64,000 nucleotides of DNA from Candidatus Poribacteria bacterium (lineage in GTDB: Bacteria > Poribacteria > WGA-4E > WGA-3G), in the NCBI GenBank assembly GCA_965205015.1, contig OZ242029.1, positions 1,824,001-1,888,000 on the forward strand. Reading direction: 5' to 3'. Shown piece by piece: positions 58,879-64,000 of the stretch. A program made the position numbers and the translations under genes. The notes under the pieces were generated by a model. That model was not told the DNA's origin, made no database searches, and saw nothing but the letters and a program-made list of their open reading frames with translations. Position 1 is the first letter of the stretch. Each line of letters opens with the position of its first letter.

Positions 58879-59238
58879 GTGGGCAAAGAATCAAGAGACT
58901 CAAATACAGACAAAGTCGTCTCACGTATAAAACTACGTCGCCACGAACTGAAGTTGACACAAACAGAACTTGCGAAAGTGGCGAATCTAACACCTGCGGC
59001 GATCTCCCAATTTGAATCAGGAGCCCGGAAACCGTCGTTTAAAACACTTTCAAGTCTTTCCGATGCTCTAAAAGTCACTACCGATTACCTACTTGGAAAA
59101 GCCGACAAAAGTTACGATGATCTTTTAGCCGACCCAAAGATTAGTGCTATGTTCAAGGGGATGATGGAATTTACGGAAAAAGATAAGGAAACGCTCTACG
59201 AGTTCTATGAATTTCTTAAGGTGAAAGCCAACCAGTGA
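58879..59238 (+). CDS. XRE-family HTH transcriptional regulator
   Basis: LTQTELAKVANLTPAAISQFESGARKPS...TDYLLG. GTG start with RBS AAGGAG. Confidence 0.9.
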   Translation: MGKESRDSNTDKVVSRIKLRRHELKLTQTELAKVANLTPAAISQFESGARKPSFKTLSSLSDALKVTTDYLLGKADKSYDDLLADPKISAMFKGMMEFTEKDKETLYEFYEFLKVKANQ

Positions 59239-59316
59239 TTATTGTGATTTACTATGATGATGCGGCCTCCGAGAATCAAGGTAAATCAGATAATCCGTTA
59301 AATCATAGTTCAGACT

Positions 59317-60378
59317 TTAATCGTCAGTTATTCTTGGACAGAGGCAGATTTTTCCGAAATTTTGGCGGTTCTCTAATAGCAGGTGTGCCTCACCCGCACG
59401 ATGGAGCGGTAAAACTCTGTCAATAATAGGTTCCAATTTTCCCTGTCCAGCGAGATAGACAAGCGTTCGGAGTTCAGCGACTGTCCCGAGGGCAGAGCCC
59501 ATCAGTGTTAACTGCTTTTGATACATCTTTCGGATGTTAATTGTGCCAATGTTGCCTGTTGTCACACCACACGAAACAAGTCTCCCATTTTTAGCAAGAC
59601 TCGCAATGCTCTGATCCCATGTTGCAGCCCCGACATGCTCAAGGACAACATCCACACCGCGTCCGTTGGTTATATTAAGCACGATCTCCGAAAAATCTCT
59701 GTCTTTATAGTTAATTGTAACATCTGCACCCATCTGCCGGGCACGTTCAAGTTTCTCATCACTGCTCGCTGTCGCAAAAACTCTGGCACCCGTTAATTTT
59801 GCGATTTGTAGTCCTGCACTTCCGACACCGCCCCCTACACCGAGAATTAAAACATCGTCCTCTGGACGAAGTTGTGCACGCGTCATGAGCATATGCCATG
59901 CGGTGAGATACGCTATCGGTATCGCAGCGGCGTTAACGAATGACAGGGTTTCTGATGGGAGCTGAATAGCGTTTTGGGCAGGGGCTTTTACGTATTCTGC
60001 GTATCCGCCATTTGTTTGGAAACCGATGAGTTCTTGCGTGTCACACAAGTTTTCGGCACCGCGATAACAGTCGCTACAGATGCCACACGGGATGCAGGGT
60101 GCGAGAACGACTCGATCCCCGACCGCAACACCGCGGACTGCAGCCCCAATTTCGGCGATTGTTCCAGCGATGTCGGAACCGAGTATATGGGGCGTATCCC
60201 CTCGACGGAGTTTTGCTTCTATCTCAGGCCGGTTCCGCCGGGCATGGATGTCCAGATAGTTCACCGCACAGGCTTCGACTTTAACCAGCACCTCATCGGT
60301 ATCAAGCGTTGGTTTAGGGACATCCGTGTACTGAAGAACCTCCGCACTGCCTTGTTCTGAGAAAACGATTGCTTGCAT
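59317..60378 (-). CDS. Zinc-binding alcohol dehydrogenase/quinone oxidoreductase (MDR family)
   Basis: ILGSDIAG; structural Zn CGICSDC...C; GVGGGVG; GKI. Start ATG 60378. Confidence 0.9.
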   Translation of the reverse strand: MQAIVFSEQGSAEVLQYTDVPKPTLDTDEVLVKVEACAVNYLDIHARRNRPEIEAKLRRGDTPHILGSDIAGTIAEIGAAVRGVAVGDRVVLAPCIPCGICSDCYRGAENLCDTQELIGFQTNGGYAEYVKAPAQNAIQLPSETLSFVNAAAIPIAYLTAWHMLMTRAQLRPEDDVLILGVGGGVGSAGLQIAKLTGARVFATASSDEKLERARQMGADVTINYKDRDFSEIVLNITNGRGVDVVLEHVGAATWDQSIASLAKNGRLVSCGVTTGNIGTINIRKMYQKQLTLMGSALGTVAELRTLVYLAGQGKLEPIIDRVLPLHRAGEAHLLLENRQNFGKICLCPRITDD

Positions 60379-60523
60379 TTTTCTAATGATTAACTCTCGG
60401 CATCGTTGCACGATGATTTCTGGTGAATTCCAACCGGGTTGGGCAGCTTGAGAACTTTTTTCAAGCACACAGGAAAGCGGCAGTAGATAGAGCAACTTCC
60501 TGATTCACGCTATGGTTGGTAGT

Positions 60524-61351
60524 TTAGAGCCGATGTAACTCGTCTAAGCAATCAGAAAACCCTAATAACTGTAATTCTCTGGAGATATAACTAAGGACGG
60601 CTTTTTCCAGTGCCAACGGATAAACGACACCGTGCTGTTTGGCAATATCGGGTCCGTGCCGTTGCATAATCGCTATTAACCGGAAATGTGCTTTGGCAAT
60701 GCCTTCTCTATCAATAGTCTGCATTGTTAGAGCATCTTCGATTTCTTTTCTGAGAGTTTGCGGTACAAAAGCATTAATATTTTTTACACCTCTGTCTCTT
60801 TGTTTCCCACTTCCTATGATGAGGACTTCTGTCAGCGACATCACAGCAAATGTAGTGCCCATAAATCCTGCAATGCGTTCCTCACGTCCCAAAACTGTAG
60901 GAAGGATAGAGAGCACCCGCCAAAACTCATTGAAATGCTGCTTTAGTACCGAACTAACACCTTCTAATTCTTTGTCGCTACACGTTTCCTTAAGTTGAAT
61001 GCATCCTTCGGCAGCAGACAACACGCGAACCTTAGTCCGTTCAAGGCTGATTGTGTCCCCAGCATGTATCCAAACATCAACTCGCAAGCCTTCGCTTGTG
61101 AGGCAGGTTATCATCTGTCCAGGAAACGTGTCTTTGAAGAGAACCAACGACTGAATATCGGATAACCAAGATTCTAATCCGTGTTGGAAAGTTTCTTTAT
61201 TTTCTTCGGCGACCAGTAGATGAAGGTCAATGTCTGAATATCTGTCAGCGGTGCCTGTTGCGAAACTCCCTTCAAGCCACGTCCCTAATACGCGCACGTC
61301 CGATGCTACCTTATCGGCAAATGCTTTCAGATATTCTTGATGCATTTCCAA
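60524..61351 (-). CDS. Pol-beta superfamily nucleotidyltransferase (LinB/ANT-like)
   Basis: WLEGSFATGTADRYSDIDL motif plus helical C-terminal domain. Confidence 0.78.
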   Translation of the reverse strand: MEMHQEYLKAFADKVASDVRVLGTWLEGSFATGTADRYSDIDLHLLVAEENKETFQHGLESWLSDIQSLVLFKDTFPGQMITCLTSEGLRVDVWIHAGDTISLERTKVRVLSAAEGCIQLKETCSDKELEGVSSVLKQHFNEFWRVLSILPTVLGREERIAGFMGTTFAVMSLTEVLIIGSGKQRDRGVKNINAFVPQTLRKEIEDALTMQTIDREGIAKAHFRLIAIMQRHGPDIAKQHGVVYPLALEKAVLSYISRELQLLGFSDCLDELHRL

Positions 61352-61405
61352 TCCCTTGCAACAAATTGCGTAGGCACGTTATGTTTGTCGGCACAGCACG
61401 AAAAT

Positions 61406-62215
61406 CTACCCGTAAGCACCATGGTTGAGGAAACCGAGCAGTCGACGCAGACGCGGACTCGCATCTTTGTAAACAGACTCCGGCATACTGTAATTCATAA
61501 ACGGATAGTATTTATGCCCAACAAGACGGCGTCCATAAGTCACCTGTGTGATATATCGGATGCGCTCGGTCTGGTTCGGACCCCCGCGATGCCAGACCTG
61601 ATTGTTGAACATGATAACACTTCCGGCTTTTCCGAGATTATACTGAACTTTGTCTTCCCACTCTGTTCCCTCTATCGGGTTCGGAGGCGATGCACCGAAA
61701 AGATGTGAGCCTGGAACAACCTCTGTGCCACCGTGTTCAATTTCGGTGACATCGGTGAGGTAATAATTTGCTGTGAAGAGTAGGACCGGCAACCGAACGT
61801 TCTTTGGGGGGTCCCCCTCGGTCACGATATAGTGTGGAGCATCGTCTTGATGCCACGATGTGATTCCGCCACCGGGAAAGGTCTGGAAAGAGTTGTTGTG
61901 AATCACATGACAATTTTCCGCGACGAGTGCTTCAGCGAAGGAAACAATAGGTTCCAGGTCGAACAATCGACGATTCGCTTCGCTGTGTTCAAACATGCGA
62001 TGGCTTAAGTGCATACGACCTGTGGGGCTCCCACCATTTAAGCCATTCGGATCGTTTTCGAGTGCCCACTCTAAATCTTGTCGCAATTGCGCACATAGAT
62101 CAGGGGGTAGGACGTTTTGCAGAAACAGACAGCCTCGCTCGTGGAATGTCTCTACCCATTCTTGGATTTGTGCCTCGCTAACAACCTGATCTGCCAAGTA
62201 AGTTGTTTGTGCCAT
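61406..62215 (-). CDS. Phytanoyl-CoA dioxygenase (PhyH) family protein
   Basis: WHQDD; VPGSH; WHRGGPN; paralog of 19363-20196. Confidence 0.88.
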   Translation of the reverse strand: MAQTTYLADQVVSEAQIQEWVETFHERGCLFLQNVLPPDLCAQLRQDLEWALENDPNGLNGGSPTGRMHLSHRMFEHSEANRRLFDLEPIVSFAEALVAENCHVIHNNSFQTFPGGGITSWHQDDAPHYIVTEGDPPKNVRLPVLLFTANYYLTDVTEIEHGGTEVVPGSHLFGASPPNPIEGTEWEDKVQYNLGKAGSVIMFNNQVWHRGGPNQTERIRYITQVTYGRRLVGHKYYPFMNYSMPESVYKDASPRLRRLLGFLNHGAYG

Positions 62216-62219
62216 TTTT

Positions 62220-63086
62220 CTACGCCCCCTCAGTCAAAGTTGGTAGATTCATCGAAAAAATAAGAAAATTTCCGTTAAAATGGTGTTGAAGAACAAAAAC
62301 TTCCATTTGAGAAAATAGCCTTGTGCAGTTCATTTCCTTAAATACAATTTTCATTTGACTATGCAGACGATTCCGCTCGGTCTCATTATGACATGGAACA
62401 CCGAAGTTCAATGTATTATCTCGGATTTGAGGATATTGATTCGGATTCAGAATATTTGCGCCAGCTTTAACTTCTGTCATAATACGAAAACGTAACCGTA
62501 CTGAGGCATCGTCTACGTTTCTTGTTTTACTGAAGGTTTGTTGTTCGCTAAACAGATCCAGCAATTTCTGTTTCATTGATACGGACAAAGTTTCTCCAAG
62601 TTCGTTTAGCCGCTCTTCTAAAGCTTGAGCAAATGACCCTGAAATTAGTGTTGAAACCGGGACTGTCTCGAAAAACTTTCCGTGAGTCAAGCAGACTTTC
62701 ACGTTTGACTGTTTTCTACCTCGAATTAGATAAAAAACCTGGCGAATAGGTAAGGAAAGTATGTCGTTGCCTGCCTTTTGCATCTGTGTTCGGATGATGT
62801 TTTTTCGGCCTGCCGTTAACTTTTCGATAGCCTTTTCACCTGTTGGGATTGTTGAATTGAAAGAAGCCACCTCATAAGCTTTGCTATCTTTAAGTTCAAT
62901 CAATTCCCCGCCCGTAAACTGTGAATCACCACGATTGAGTTTAATGGCTAAATCGGGAAATTTTCCCTTGTTAATACAAGAAAGCATTTGCTCATCAAAC
63001 GGAAAACTTTCAAGTTTATTTGCCGAGAGAAATTCCTCTTTTTTTTGGCATAAATCGGCGAAGAAATGGTAAATTGAATAAGCCAT
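62220..63086 (-). CDS. Putative Type II restriction endonuclease
   Basis: FPDL...GELIELKDSK PD-(D/E)xK motif; starts immediately after the MTase stop codon. Confidence 0.65.
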   Translation of the reverse strand: MAYSIYHFFADLCQKKEEFLSANKLESFPFDEQMLSCINKGKFPDLAIKLNRGDSQFTGGELIELKDSKAYEVASFNSTIPTGEKAIEKLTAGRKNIIRTQMQKAGNDILSLPIRQVFYLIRGRKQSNVKVCLTHGKFFETVPVSTLISGSFAQALEERLNELGETLSVSMKQKLLDLFSEQQTFSKTRNVDDASVRLRFRIMTEVKAGANILNPNQYPQIRDNTLNFGVPCHNETERNRLHSQMKIVFKEMNCTRLFSQMEVFVLQHHFNGNFLIFSMNLPTLTEGA

Positions 63087-63998
63087 CTATTGGTTTGATT
63101 TAAGAAAAGCCATCTGTTTGGTACCGGTTTCGTCGAAGGAGACGCATTTTTTGTTTAGCCCACGGTCTCCCCAAATGGTGTCTAAATCCGGGGTACAGGC
63201 ATAATCCTTGAAAAAGCGCGAGACATCATCTGATTTTCTCTGATCGGCAAGTCTATTTTGAATAAGCGCGACGTTGTGCGAGTCGAGCTCGATTCCTATG
63301 GAGCGGCGCCTTAATTGTTCTGCGACAACGAGCGTTGTTCCCGAACCTGCGAACGGATCGAGGACGACATCCCCTGGATTTGTAGAAGAAAGGATAATCC
63401 GGAGGAGCAATTGAATAGGGGTCTGTTGTTTGTGCAGGCGGTTTCCTTCTGCATCGCGCAAAGCCTCATCACCTGCAAAGTAACCAGCGGTTAATTCACG
63501 GATATCATCCCACACATCCGTCACAAACATACCGTTCTCTCGCGCGTGCTTGTAGCCTACCGGCAGTGGTGGATCAATGCGCAGTCGATGGAAAACACGC
63601 GGGGTCTTCCCCTTCGTTGCAAACGTAATGACTTGATAGTGTTTGCCAAAACGTTTCAACCCCGGTACTGCTGAGGTTTTCTTTTTCCAAATAATCAGGT
63701 TTTGGAAACTCCATCCGGTATCGCGTAAACACCGCAACACGAATTCCGTATTTTTTTCTCGTTGCATGAAGTAAATTGCACCGCCATCGGAAGTCAAAGC
63801 GTACACCTTCGCGCAGACCTCATGCATCCACCCCCAATATTTCGCTGGAGACAAATTGTCGTCCCACATATTATATGCCTTGTCCTGATTGAAAGGTGGA
63901 TCGAGGAAGGATAGATCTATTTTGGATTCAACGCGCCTGCTATCTAACGCAGTCGCACAATTTTCGTGGAGGACGATGCAGTTTTTTCTTACTGAGGT
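63087..63998 (-). CDS. N4-C/N6-A DNA methyltransferase, beta class (5' end beyond the window)
   Basis: The frame stays open to the window end and includes motif IV DPPF (IDLSFLDPPFNQ), followed by motif I VLDPFAGSGTT. Confidence 0.9.
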   Translation of the reverse strand, partial: TSVRKNCIVLHENCATALDSRRVESKIDLSFLDPPFNQDKAYNMWDDNLSPAKYWGWMHEVCAKVYALTSDGGAIYFMQREKNTEFVLRCLRDTGWSFQNLIIWKKKTSAVPGLKRFGKHYQVITFATKGKTPRVFHRLRIDPPLPVGYKHARENGMFVTDVWDDIRELTAGYFAGDEALRDAEGNRLHKQQTPIQLLLRIILSSTNPGDVVLDPFAGSGTTLVVAEQLRRRSIGIELDSHNVALIQNRLADQRKSDDVSRFFKDYACTPDLDTIWGDRGLNKKCVSFDETGTKQMAFLKSNQ

Positions 63999-64000
63999 GT

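Noticed and set aside
58855-59238. Prophage repressor marking a prophage
   Set aside because: No integrase, structural or replication phage genes in the vicinity.
60524-61351. Bona fide antibiotic-resistance gene (lnu/ant)
   Set aside because: Only the generic pol-beta nucleotidyltransferase motif is visible; substrate cannot be inferred and there is no mobile context.

Overview
Bacterial genomic window with no rRNA, tRNA or CRISPR array detected. The gene content suggests Candidatus Poribacteria (inference): two PhyH dioxygenases, two Gfo/Idh/MocA oxidoreductases, a LamG protein ending in VEPxGKLxxTWGxLK, and a cohesin protein ending in an NFPNPFNPETWIPY-type sorting domain. (1) 1-14.1 kb is a minus-strand iron-acquisition region marked by seven Fur-type boxes (consensus GATAATGAGACTCATTATC). 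It holds a DUF4856 lipoprotein, a FecA-like TonB-dependent receptor, a small lipoprotein, a porin/imelysin/di-heme oxidoreductase operon, a DUF5916 protein, a high-GC siderophore-interacting protein, a nitroreductase and a methyltransferase. (2) 14-24 kb holds assorted enzymes. (3) 24-28 kb holds an adjacent cohesin-Spondin_N protein and Reeler-like-dockerin protein, a possible split F-spondin-like surface complex. (4) 28-36 kb holds oxidoreductases, ABC transporter genes, LamG and GalU-like genes. (5) 36-43 kb holds a Type IIG-like R-M fusion and a nuclease-STAND (Avs-like) gene. (6) 44.6-58.6 kb is the strongest candidate for an undescribed system: a 2442-aa degenerate (nicalin/nicastrin-like) M28-LysM-double FtsX fusion, followed by a small membrane protein, an OPT-like transporter, a hypothetical protein, a PqqD/RRE protein and an ABC ATPase. 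Most gaps in this operon are filled with heptamer or octamer inverted-repeat elements. (7) The window ends in an N4/N6 MTase plus putative endonuclease pair. All family assignments are from motif recognition by eye, not database searches.
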